Positions 1-11,700 of a stretch of 64,000 bases of DNA are shown here, piece after piece. The DNA is from Amoebophrya sp. A120 (taxonomy: Eukaryota > Protista > Dinoflagellata): positions 1,443,984 through 1,507,983 of the forward strand of contig CAJINV010000014.1 of assembly GCA_905178155.1 (NCBI GenBank). The letters run 5' to 3'. How positions within the stretch are numbered: the stretch's first letter is position 1; each line of letters opens with the position of its first letter. The notes under the pieces were generated by a model. The model had not been told where the DNA came from and searched no databases. It was given only the letters and a program-made list of their open reading frames with translations. The translations under genes and the position numbers were made by a program.

Positions 1-252
1 CGCCGGTTTGCCGGGGCCGCCAGGTTGCTCGCAGTCCGCAGCCGAGTGTGGCGATTTGGGCACACGAGACGCCAACACAGACGCGGCGCGGTTGTGCACA
101 CAAACAGCAGCGGAGTCCATGCGCGCGCCGCGTTTTCGGTTGCATTGCAACACACTTTGGCACGAGCTAAACCGAAGGTTTCCCGGGAAACCTTAAACGA
201 CCCTGCCCGAGCGGAGTCCATTGATTTCTAGGTCTCACAGCGTCGCTTTCTC

Positions 253-640
253 TTCTGGAGAGAGGCTTCAGCTCCCGGAGTGAAAATTTTCCGAAAGTGA
301 AAATTCACTGAATTTTCACTCGATTTCTCGTTCCGGAACGAGAAACCGAGTGAAAATTCAGTGAGTTTTCACTTTTTGAAAAAAATCACTTTTGGAGCAT
401 GCATGTTTCTGGAGAGAGACTTGAGCTCCCAGAGTGAAAATTTTCGAAAAGTGAAAATTCAGTGAATTTTCACTTTTTGAAAATTTTCACTTCGGAGGCG
501 AAGTTTTCCCGGAGTGCGAATTCGGGAAGCGGGATTTTTCAAAAAGTGAAAACGCACTGAATTTTCACTCGATTTCTCGTTCCGGAATTTTCACTCACTG
601 AATTTGACTGAATTTTCACTCACTGAATATTCACTCCTGG
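253..640. repeat. Palindromic/tandem repeat block built from GTGAAAATTCA(C/G)TGAATTTTCAC units
   Basis: 41-bp inverted arms 294-334/335-375 (2 mismatches, no spacer); segment 253-320 recurs at about 407-474; many TGAATTTTCACTC copies up to about 640. Confidence 0.8.
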
Positions 641-2348
641 AAAAATGTTACTCCGGAATTTCAAAAAGTTAATTACTAGGCTTCTGGTTCTTCCGGAACG
701 AGGCCTCGCTGAATTACCACCCCAGAGAAAAGCCAGCTCATCCCGGAATCACTCTGGATGTGGGATTTACGTAGAGAGGCAATTCAGTGAGTTATGACTA
801 CATGAACAAAAAAAAACGCAAACGCTGACCTTTTGCAGTACACATGGCAGAAATAGGGCGAGGGCTACCGATTCAAATTGCAGGTCGTTCCGTAAACGTG
901 TTGCTCTGTCGCCAGTAGCGTTTGCTGCATGGCGCGAAAATTTTTGTTGCGAGCCTTCTAATTGCAGCGCGCTACTGCCCGCGCCACATCGCCGAGAGGA
1001 ACGCCCTGCCACATTGCCTGCAAGGTGCCTGTGGTGTCGTTCGTAAGCCACGCCTGATTTTTGTGGTTCGCAACGTCGCCCGATGTTTTGGCTTCAGTAT
1101 GTTCAAAACGCTCGAAATTGTAGCATTTGGGCCCTCGTTCCCCAACGAGGGGAGTTTCCGACGCGAAAGGGGGGGTCTTTGCAAGTCATGCATGATGTTC
1201 TTGAAAAGATAAAGTCGGGACTCAGCATCATTTTACTTATCATTGTGGCAGTACAACTAGAACTTCTTCTTTCATCTTGCAAGTATGAACAATGGGAGGT
1301 AGTGCTACCAGCTGATGCGATTACGCAGTAAAACTAAAGTGCACAACAGCCAAAACCTAGTTTGAACACAATGCATAGAAGTGGTATCAAATGAATCTGG
1401 AATTTTCGCAAGCCGAAGCCGATTGTTCGATATAGATAAATAGTTTTGCCATTTTTTTTGCATTGTGAGTTCTCCCACACTCCCACACTTTCCACACTCC
1501 CCCCTCGCTTTAGCCGAATCGGATTCTTCACACTACGCAGCAATTATTTTTCGCAGCAGGTAAGAATAAATGTCACACGTTTACGTTTGCAGAAAAGAAA
1601 TTCATTTTCTTAGCCTGTACAACATGTCAAACACAGCAATTTCTTGAGGTTGCAGTATTAACGTGCTCTCTCTTGTTTCTCCGTTTAAGCAAATCTACTT
1701 CTACATGTATCCAACTATTTTCTTTTTTCATCTACCTCACCTCCCAAGAATTCCCACTCCAGAAGTAGTGCCGATTAAGCACATATGTTTCAGATCGAAC
1801 CATAACGGCATGTTTTGAAAGAGGCAGAGCATGATTATAGGCTCGCACTGTACATTTAGTCATCAAATGCAAATCGATGGAATCAGTTGTACGCTCTCGC
1901 CAAGTACTTCAATGAATCTCGTGAAGCGCGGCCACGGCCTTCACAGTCTGAGGGGCTGAAGAGTAAGTCCCGTACTCGCTCAGATGACACATTTCGGAAT
2001 TGACCTTGTTGCACGGAACTCGTCCCTGAGAGAACTGAAGAAGAGTGTCGAGGAGAGTTGTCTGGTTTACATACTAGTTTCTTTCTTCTTCGCTGGGAAG
2101 AAAAAGAACATCAAGGTTGAGGCGACAGGAGTCGTCGTGTGGTAGTAGCAATGTTTCAATCTTGATTTGCTTTTCTACAATCAACATACGAAAAAACAAT
2201 TTGTTTCGGCAGGACCTCCGAATGAAAGAAAAATGCGCGCTTGAATCATGTTGGTCCATGAGGACAAGAAGAGTGAACTTCTGATGCATTTTTATAGAGG
2301 CACGTAGGATCACGATCGTATAATTGAGAAGTAGAAAAACCCGTGAAA

Positions 2349-3978
2349 ATGATGGCCAATCAGGGGTTTGACCCGGCGAAGCAGGGTCAGCCCGTGATGA
2401 TGCAGCCCATGCAGCCTGGGCAACAGATCCCCATGGAACAAATGCAAATGGGGCAGCAGCAGCCCATGATGATGCAGCCCATGGGTACTAGTAGAGTTGT
2501 TTTTCCCTGTAATTTTTCTTCATCATCATGTTTCTATATTTTTTGCTGCTGTTCATTCTTTCGCAGCGGCTCTGGTCGCCTGTCCCGACTAGGCCAACAA
2601 CTTTTTGCTCTTTTCTACACGACCAGGTCAACCGGGAATGATGGTGGGTCCCCCCGTGATGGCCTCCGGCACTCCGATGGGCGCGCCCATGATGCAGGGT
2701 GGCATGATGATGGCTCCGATGGGTCCCGCACAGCTGGAGTGGGAGCGCCCCCGGGTCTGCGCGGAATGTACCTGCGAGTGCTGTTTGGCCGGATGCTGCC
2801 CTTGTATCTCGGTGAGTCAGACGATGACTTTGGCAAAGATGGGCGGGGCGCACGCCCTTATCGTCGGGATTTGCGTGTTCCTTCAGTACTTCTTCGACGG
2901 GTTTAGGAACTATGTACTGTTTTGCTGCATTTTTTTGATGAGACTGGATGTTCTTACTCTTAGCCTGCTGATCCTGATTTTTTGAATGATACTCCGCTTC
3001 AGTGTGATCATAGTTTGATAATCTACTGCCACTGCTTCATCCAACATCTTCCACGAAAACTTCTCCACCGGGGATCTTCCCTGAAGATTCGTGACGATTT
3101 CAAAAACACCAACACTAGCCTTCCGAGACAGACATGTGGAGACTGATCAAGCTTATCGCATGGCTGCTCAACATGGCGGCGGGGATTTGCGAATCTCTGG
3201 CCCTGATCAACTGGAAGCAGCTATCCCAAGTAATTTTTACGCACACGTGCTGCACAATATCCTGGCTTTGCAGGACAAAAGTGTTCTTCAATCCTGCTGC
3301 TCAGCATGACCAGTGATATACCCTAAGCTAGCGAAATTTGTGATGCATTCATTTGCCCGTGTGGGTGTGCGGGAAATTTGTATTGCATAGCAGGCAACCG
3401 GGCGCCACGTCAACGTTCGGGACCCAATATGAACTGCAAAAGTATCGTACTCGTATAAATGCAAGTCTTGCATTACAAATCTTTATCTTAAGGGAAATCC
3501 GCATTACAAACTTCCTTTCTCATGCTGAGGAAATTTGTAATGCATTTATACGAGTACGATACTTTTGCACAGGATACCTAAGTGGGAATTGCGGCGAGGA
3601 TTTCTGCTGTTTCTGTTGCTGCCCGTGCTACGCAATCCCCGCAGTACACCGAACGGTGGAGGACTGGATGCGGATGTATCCACAGTAAACTACTTCTTCC
3701 CGTGATTATGGACCACGACATCCAAAACACTGATACAAATTGCAATGGTCACCAGCGTGCAAATCAAAAGTCTATCTCTTTCTCTACCTTTTAGCATTAC
3801 AACTTCGATAAACAGCGGTTGCTACAGTAGTTTGTCATGCAGATCTTGTACGTCGTGCTCGTGGACGGTAGTAAAATTTGTACTCCATAAGATGGGCGGT
3901 CCCAACATGCAGCAGGGCGGGACTGGCGCACGGATGGCGGTGTCACCAGGGGGCATGATGCAGATGCAACAGCAATAG
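2349..3978 (+). CDS. PLAC8-like cysteine-rich membrane protein, paralog 1 (245 aa, 6 exons)
   Basis: Exons 2349-2484, 2627-2913, 3119-3221, 3395-3427, 3582-3676, 3895-3978 (738 nt, in frame). Two GT-AG introns plus three TIR elements. CCLAGCCPC and EDFCCFCCCPC motifs are PLAC8-like; Q/P/M-rich ends; collinear with paralog at 6552. Confidence 0.8.
3222..3389. mobile_element. TIR introner, family F
   Basis: TATCCCAAGTAATTT...GGGAAATTTGTATTGCATA; flanks GCAGC/GCAGG; absent from paralog 2. Confidence 0.85.
3428..3576. mobile_element. TIR introner, family B
   Basis: TATGAACTGCAAAAGTATCGTACTCGTATAAATGCA...TGCATTTATACGAGTACGATACTTTTGCACAGGATA; flanks CCCAA/CCTAA; absent from paralog 2. Confidence 0.9.
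3677..3889. mobile_element. TIR introner, family F (degenerate)
   Basis: TATCCACAGTAAA...AAATTTGTACTCCATA; flanks GGATG/AGATG; removal gives WMRMGG matching paralog WHRMGG. Confidence 0.8.
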
Positions 3979-4914
3979 CAACAGAAGGAGGATTCGAATC
4001 CCTTCGGTGTCGCGTTTTAGATTGCGAGGAATTTCCAAACGGTGAGTTAGAGGAGGTTGAACGAACGGAAAATCTAAATCGATGCTGAAGGATGTAGTTG
4101 GCTAGGGAAGACGGAGTCGAAGATCGAAAGCTGTTGGGGCCGCAGGTCGATGAAAGCGGAGAGAGAAAGTTTATTTTTTGGTTGTCGGAGTGGGAGTCCA
4201 AATCCGAATCCGATAGACAAAATTCAAACAATTTCATCTTCATCTTCTGTCAGGGCCACGTTCTTTTGCTCTCGGTTCTGTCAAGAAGCGTTCCTTCCAA
4301 CTGAAAAAAATAGCCTCTTCATGCATCGCATTGATATTCTTATTCTTATTCTAGTCCCTCGTCCTCGACGAGAGTTGTACAGGAGTTAAAGCGAATTCAT
4401 AACTTTGAAGAGGAGAATCTGCAGAAGCTTCGTATACCTCTGCGCTTGTGGTTGTGATCTTCGTATCGCACCACATTATGCCCTCGTGCATTGTATGATA
4501 TTCCTATGCGTGCCACATCGCTTGCGGTGTTGTATTGATTTAGATTAACATTTACCCAGAAAATGAAGCCTCTCGTGCTAACATTATGCTGCGCACTATT
4601 GCCAAAATGGATGAGTTGTTTCGCGATTCACTTCTATTTCATCCGTCCGTGTGTACAAAAGAAGAATATTTCCACGAACCGGGCCCGTAAGAATCAAAAA
4701 CCTATAGGTTGCACAAGCAGACAACACCCGCCCCCGCCGTGGTGTGTTAATGTTCTGGTTGATGTCTTCGTTTTGGTTGGGTTCTAGCGCTTTGTCTTTT
4801 TTGTGAGTCGTTTCTTTTCCTCCACCGCTTACGCCCCGCTCAAGGAAGAGCAAGAGGAGCAGACGCGTAATTATTTTCTTGCTTGTGTCTGAGATGAACT
4901 AGCGACGAGAGCAG

Positions 4915-5616
4915 GTATCCGTATGAGGGCGCAGCGTTGTTGGGCTGCATCTTCTGCAGCTGGGGCGAAGGCCTGCCTCAGCCCGCGAGCCCTGCCTGGC
5001 TTCTGCCAGCCGGACCGGCCGCCGGCCGACAGCCAGGCAGGCGCCCCCGCGCGGGCCGTGTTGGCCTTGCTTGGATGCAAGTGCCGGCGAAGGCGCTGCA
5101 GCGGCTTATTAGCAAAGCCGAACCGCATGTCCTAACCAGCGCACAACACCCTCCGAGGGGCGCCCCCCGTTTTTCCGAACCGTGGCGCCATCGTGTCACG
5201 CGTGTGACGCGAGCGGCATGCGCTTCAGTTTTGCAGCGTGGTGGCGTAGGGCGCGCGCCCCGGGGGTTCGCCGGGTCTGTGGTTTTCTTTGGGTCTATTG
5301 CCCGCGCCCAATCTTCGCGCCGGCCGGCGGTCCGCCCATGTACGTAGGTTGTCCAGGACGGCGCAGATAATTCCCGTGGCCCGTCATTCCGTTGTTATGG
5401 CGTGCGCATCGTGTCGCGCATCAGTGATGCGCGACGTATGGAAGCGACCAAGACGATGACTCCGATGCGCGGCGATATATGCAAAGTCGGGACATTTCTG
5501 AGCAGATCCCTGGAGCATTCCTGAGGCATTTCCAGACCCCCTCTGATCACGGGCGGTCCGTGAGTAAGTATCCGTATGAGGGCGCAGCGTTGTTGGGCTG
5601 CATCTTCTGCAGCTGG
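4915..5616. mobile_element. GC-rich 604-bp insert (4964-5567) flanked by a perfect 49-bp direct repeat
   Basis: GTATCCGTATGAGGGCGCAGCGTTGTTGGGCTGCATCTTCTGCAGCTGG at 4915-4963 and 5568-5616. Confidence 0.6.
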
Positions 5617-6424
5617 TGCGATTCCAAAATCGACCGAGATAGCCCCTTAACGTTTTTGATCAACAAGACAGGGAAAATGGCCGCGCCTTGACCCCGGTTG
5701 TTGACGTGAGTGCTCGGAAAGGCCCGGCCGTGTCGCCGAGGCCTCTCGGAGAAGGCATCCCGAGCCGGATCGCGGTTGCCTGGCTTCTTTGGTTGCGTGG
5801 GTGTGGGGTGGCATCGGGCACGCAGCTGGCTGCCCGGCGCGGCTGTGCCGCCCCTCGATGCGAAAGCGGAAGCGTAGTGGGCGCAGTTGGGCGGCCCGCA
5901 TTCGCCGACCGCGCCAAGTTTCGGAAGGGGGCACGGGGGCGGGGGGAAGGGTTTTTGCCTTGGGAGGATTCCCAACGTGGCCCGCGTCGCAGCCGCAACG
6001 AGCTGCAGAAAAAGCGCAAGCGGGGCAAAGGAAGCCAAAGCACAGCTGTGCCTGCGCCCAAAGGTAGCTGCGCTGCGCATGCCCCAGCCCAAGGCCCCGA
6101 AGGTGGGAGATGGGTCCTGCGCCGCTATGAGGCTTCATGACTTGCACGGCCGGCGTGGTACACGAAGCGCTCAAAGTGCTTGAGGTGGAAGCGGTTCGAC
6201 GCTTGTCGCGCGCAACTAGAGGCGTAGTATGCCCCTTGGGTGTCATCAACAGTGCCAGGCCCTGCGAGCCCCAGCAACAAGAGGCGACCGCGCCAACTCC
6301 CTTCGCCTTATTATCGGGAGAGGCGCGAGACCCAAAATTTTTTTTTCGTTTTGTTGAAAAGAAGGTCTTGTTGACAGATTTCGCTACCGTATGTTGGGCT
6401 GCATCTTCTGCAGCTGGTGCGATT
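5591..6424. mobile_element. GC-rich 768-bp insert (5624-6391) flanked by a 33-bp direct repeat
   Basis: TGTTGGGCTGCATCTTCTGCAGCTGGTGCGATT at 5591-5623 and 6392-6424; subterminal inverted TCAACAAGAC/GTCTTGTTGA. Confidence 0.6.
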
Positions 6425-6551
6425 TAAGGGTGGCTACTTCCTCTCCCGTTCGTGCCGCTGTCGTTTTCCAGTAGCCACGGTGGAATAATCTTAATCAGGG
6501 CGAGGCATTGATTTGGCGTTGACAAAGCGCCAGCACCTTCTCACAACACAG

Positions 6552-7803
6552 ATGGAGTACAAAACCCCTCAAAACGAGTACTCAGCACGGCCAGGCGAGT
6601 ACGGCAATGACCCTGCAGCTGGTGGCTCCACCTCCCCGCCCGGCGGGCAGCCACAGCCAGTCTTCATGCAGCCGCTCCAGCCCGGGCAGCACATACAAAT
6701 GCAGCCGATGGGCCAGCAGCCGATGTACATGCAACCCATGGGCGGACCAGGTGAGAAGTGCCTTGTTGGAAAAAAGCTCGACGTTCAATTTCATCATTGA
6801 CACGTTGCGGCATTGACTTGTAAAAGTAAAAAGACAACACAAGGTCAAGGTGAAACTACAATCGCGATGTATGAAGGATGATACTCTCATCTCACACTCA
6901 CTTCTGAGTTCCACTGGATCTGACACAACTTCTACAGGTGGTCCCCCAATGGTCGGCGCTCCGGTTATGGCTCAGGGCACGCCGATGGGCCACCCCCACA
7001 GCTTCGGCGGCGGACCGATAATCATGGCCCCCATGCACCAGGCCATGCTGGAGTGGCAGAGGCCACAGGTATGCTCCGAATGTACCGCGGAGTGCTGCCT
7101 CGCGGGTTGCTGCCCCTGCATATCCGTGAGCAGCACCATGACACTAGCAAAGATGACCGGCCCCTGGGCGTTTATAGTGGGAATCTTGGTGTTTCTCCAG
7201 TACGTGTCGGACGGGATAAGAAATTCGGTAATCGTCCATACCTGCTGCTTTTTCGTACTGCGTTGTTTGTCTTGCGTCATACTCATCGCAAATTTGGCAC
7301 ACTGTCGTAGCTCGGGTTGTTGGTGCATCAGTTTATGACACCGGCATGATGTTCAACATAAGTAAAACTAAAATTTAAATTGAAAAAAATCCAAAAATCA
7401 GCGTCTCGAAGACGACCCCTGGCCGGCCATCCGGGGTTTAGCCGGCCTGTTCAATCTCGTTTTCAGCATTTCGGAGGCCATGACGCTGGTAAAGTGGAAG
7501 GAAGCCACGGGGCGGCACATTCGCGTCCGCGACCCGGATGGTAACTGCGGCGAGGATTTCTGTCTCTTCTGGTGCTGCGTCTGCTACACCATTCCCGCCG
7601 TGCATCGAACAGTGGAAGACTGGCACCGGATGGGCGGAGGTTCCGGGGGTGGGCAGCTGTCGCCCAATTACCACATGCCACCAACATCTTTTCAGCACGC
7701 GGGGTTAGTGGCCGGGGGACCGACCCCCGTGGTGATGGGGCCGCCAATACAAGTGCAGCAGCAGCCGCAGCAGCAAAGACCAGCCTATCAGGAGGTTAGT
7801 TGA
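6552..7803 (+). CDS. PLAC8-like cysteine-rich membrane protein, paralog 2 (296 aa, 3 exons)
   Basis: Exons 6552-6750, 6938-7227, 7402-7803; both introns GT-AG at positions equivalent to paralog 1; no TIR elements. Confidence 0.85.
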
Positions 7804-8723
7804 GCTTGAGGCGGGTGTAGGAGGTATGTTAAAGGCGCGGCATGATTGAAATAGAAATACTTGTAATCGTAATGACAAAGTCCAGTGATGAAGTTAGTTG
7901 TATCGGACGGTCTGGTTTCATCAACAGTTTCATGGCAAGGATGACTTTTTGAAATACTTGCAAGACCTGTGTACAATTCCGACGTCTGTGAAGAATAAAA
8001 AGACGCTACGCGGTGCCTCACTATGTGCTTGGTTCTTATCAAAAATCTAACGAGCCTACTCATATACACATGCAAAAGCGTGGCGCTTCTGCAGCGCGGC
8101 TGGTTCAGTTCGTTGCAAGTCAAACTCGATCATGTTGATTGGTACAGATGAAGAAGTGTTCTCAGAGGATAACGGATTGAGTCGTCAGAACGTGAAGGAA
8201 GAAAATCGGTCCTTATATTCGTGATGCGAAACCACAGAATAATGTGGTAAGAAAAGGAACTAAGTATGCGTCTTTCTCTGCAAGCTAGCAGTAGCACCGA
8301 CTTGAAGTGCCGCAGGTTTGAACTTCATTCGTACAATGATGACAATCGTACAAAACAAATACGTCCACAAAAATCGTACACACAACGTCCATTCCCGGCT
8401 TCGTAGTAGGTCCCTTGTGCCTGTTCCGATATTAGCGGATATTACGCAGCAGGGACGTGCAATTCCAATTCGTATATCACTCGTGTCGTTTGGAAAGCCA
8501 ATGGAGCTCCTATCTTCTTTCGTCAATCAAAAATCCACCCAGCATCTCACGCTTGAACATTCAGAAATACATCCTCTGTTCACACCCGCAGAGAAATTTA
8601 CAGTTTCAAGAATTCATTGGAAAATAATTAACCACAGTTGTGCAACTTTTTTTTTCGAACCAATACCACATGCGACGGTTGCACATACGGTCGTATTAAT
8701 ATAGAGGAGCATCTTGCACAAAG

Positions 8724-11700
8724 ATGTCAGGACGTCGAGCGTCAGGCCGACGTAAGTTGCCGTGCGTGCTGATGTCCTCGTCCTCGAAGATGTTGCTGCG
8801 CTCCTTTGCTATTGCTTCCGGCGGGGCAAAAATCTTCACGTCGTTGAACCTCCTCGCGACTGCAGCAGAGCAACAAGACCGGAAGTTGAAACAACATCAA
8901 GCGCCACCTACTGCTTCAAGAACAGCACCAACAACTTCCGCCAAGAGCGTTGATGTCGTCGACCAGACCTCCGGGTCGTTATTTTCGCTTCTCTTCGGCA
9001 CAGCAGACCATGTTGCAGACTACGAAGATAGTTTGCTGCAAATGGAGCTGCAGAAGGACCAGACAAAGAAGAATGCGGCCGCAAGAACAACTCCGGAACA
9101 AGGGGATGAAGATCAACATCAAGATGAACGAAAGCAAAAGCTCCGTAAGCTGCAGACCATCACGCGCGCCGGCCCCGGCGCTCTGCCCGTGGAGAAGATC
9201 GAGGCCACGTACATGCAAAACCTGCTCCAGTGCCACGAGTATTCGCCAGTGTGTCCGGCGAGCTACGAGCCGTCCTGTTACATGTTCGCGTGGAACAGTA
9301 CGCAACAAATTTCCGCCGGCGTCCGGGCGGCGATCACGAAAGAAGACATCAACGAAATGCTGAAGGTCGGGGGCACGAATCTCAATTGCCGCAGGAACAT
9401 CGGGGTTCTTCCCGTAGCGCCAGGTTTGAAGGAGATGCGCAGACAACTGTACGCTTGGGCGTTGAACGGGACCTACAAGTGCCACGCGCAGTACTTGAAG
9501 TCCAACTTGAACGAGGACAATACCCCGATAAGCACGTCGGGGGGCATGTTCGAGTCGATCCGCGCGATCGGGAACGTCCCGCCGTTCACGGAGATCCCGC
9601 TGTACACAAACACCTCGGCTCATGATTTGAACGATCCAACACTGACCACCTGGAACGCGGCGGGCAGTTCGGAGCTCGACGAGGTTTCGAAGTGGTACGT
9701 GGGCGGATGTGGGACGTTGGGCAGCTGTGTCGGGGTGTACAAGAAGGTGATGCTGGTGTACGACCACACCGAGTATTTCGGGTTAAAAGACTCTTCCTGC
9801 TGGACTCGCGAACAAGCCATCCCGGTCGTCGCGGACCACAACACCCCGCACGACCTGCTGCTGAAGTGCGCCACTTCCTTGTACCACTTGCTCGCTCCGC
9901 GGTCCCTGGGTGCTTACGTGAAGTACCCGTTTGAACTACGCGACGCGGTTCTGAACGCCCAGGTCTTGTTCACCTGCGGCAACACGTATCACGACCCTGT
10001 GAACGATATTACCCGGTCGTTTCCGTCCTTGTGCCCGGAGGGGGGCGCCTGTACCGTGATGGGCGGGTCCGCCACGCACCAAACCCCGGCGGCCTTTGTC
10101 CACGTGAACGGGATTTGCGGGCACCAGCCACACGCGACGAATCTCCCGCAACTGCTGCAGTACGAGCACGGGGGGATCAGCTACGGTGCGAGTTTGGCGT
10201 CAGAAATCTGGATTCGAACGATTTTGGACATTGCCATCTCCCACATCGACCCAGAAGGGTATTACGCCGTGCAAAGGGCGGAGGCCATCGCCAGTGGGAA
10301 CAGGGTATATTAACTTGGATTCATGTAGTCGGAACACGAGGAAAAGAAGTAGAAGCTCAAGCTTGCTTATTCCCTGTATGCAAACTATTGCTCACAATGA
10401 CAATCAAAACATATGAACGCCGGCCTTATCTTGTGTATTCGTATTGTTGACGATGCCTGTGTTTATTTCAGATCCGGCGGAACAAAATCAGTAATCTTAT
10501 TTAATCTTTTCAAACAATTCTATCTCAGGTCTACCGGCGCGAATCTTGGATGGACTGTCACACGGCCGCTTCTTACTACTTCGCGACGGGTGTCTCTCTT
10601 GTTCTCTGGAACGTGCGGACCTCCGATGCGCACAACAGTAAATCCCGCATGGACTTACGAACCCAGGACCCGAATCTGTGGTGCCTCGCACTGCGGTATT
10701 TCGATATCAACTGCAAAAGTGTCTGGGTCTGGAAGAATCCGAACTTGTGATGCTGCATTTGGATTCCGAAAAAACCTGTATTGCATAAGCAGCAAAGGGA
10801 GTGCAATTTTGGCTACGCGGAGAGGGCATTTGTCATGCGGAATAGGCATCGCGAAGCCCTCAAAAAGTCTGTGATGCTAGGGCATGCATCACAGACATCA
10901 TGGGCCATGCAAAACGTGCATGACAAATCTCAGAACCTTCCAGACCCAGACATTTTTGCTTTTCATATTCGAGTTTGACAACCAGTGGACGTCTTGCCCG
11001 AGCGGCCACGCGAGTGAGTTGCTGAAGACGATCCAATATGCAATGCAAAAGCATCGTAGTAGTATAAATTGCATTACAAATTAGCCCAGCATTACAAATT
11101 GAATTTGTAATGCTGATCTGCGTTGAGAGAGAGATTTGTAATGCATAAATGCAATTACTACGAGTATGTACGATACTTTTGCAGAGCATATCCAAACGGA
11201 GGTCTCTTCGAACGCGGTGAAGGCCGTGGACTGCCATACCGTCCTGAATGTGCTGGGCGTGCGGCAATTCGGCCCGCCGGGGGACCACGGGATCGCGATG
11301 GGGGGGTCGCAGAACTTAACCCACTTGAACCCTTTGTATGTCATGAACATCACGGAAAACAACGGCACCGCAGCCCCCTGCAACCCGGAGTCCACGACGG
11401 AGAACCAGCGTTTATCAAATGCAAAAATGTCTGGGTCTGGAAGAATGCATGTTTATCATGCTTGTCTGGCATGACTCTTAAATCTGTCATGCACGTTACC
11501 CAAGAGCCCCACTTTTCTGTGATGCAGAAACGCAGTTTGTCATGCAGAAGAGGCAACACGTAGAAGCTCAGGAACATGTCATGCTGGGCCAGCAATTGTG
11601 GCCTCATCATGAGACCCCACCCTGCATCACAAGTTTCCAGACCCAGACATTTTTACATTTGATAGCGTTCCGGGACCAACAACGTGAACATCGAGTTCAC

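Noticed and set aside
4915-6424. CRISPR-like repeat-spacer layout with a hairpin repeat
   Set aside because: Only three repeats of unequal length, spacers of 600-770 bp, no cas genes, eukaryotic context; reported instead as long-duplication inserts
4871-6427. Many overlapping 60-200 aa ORFs on both strands
   Set aside because: Expected in GC-rich DNA; Arg/Pro/Ala-rich with no recognisable domain
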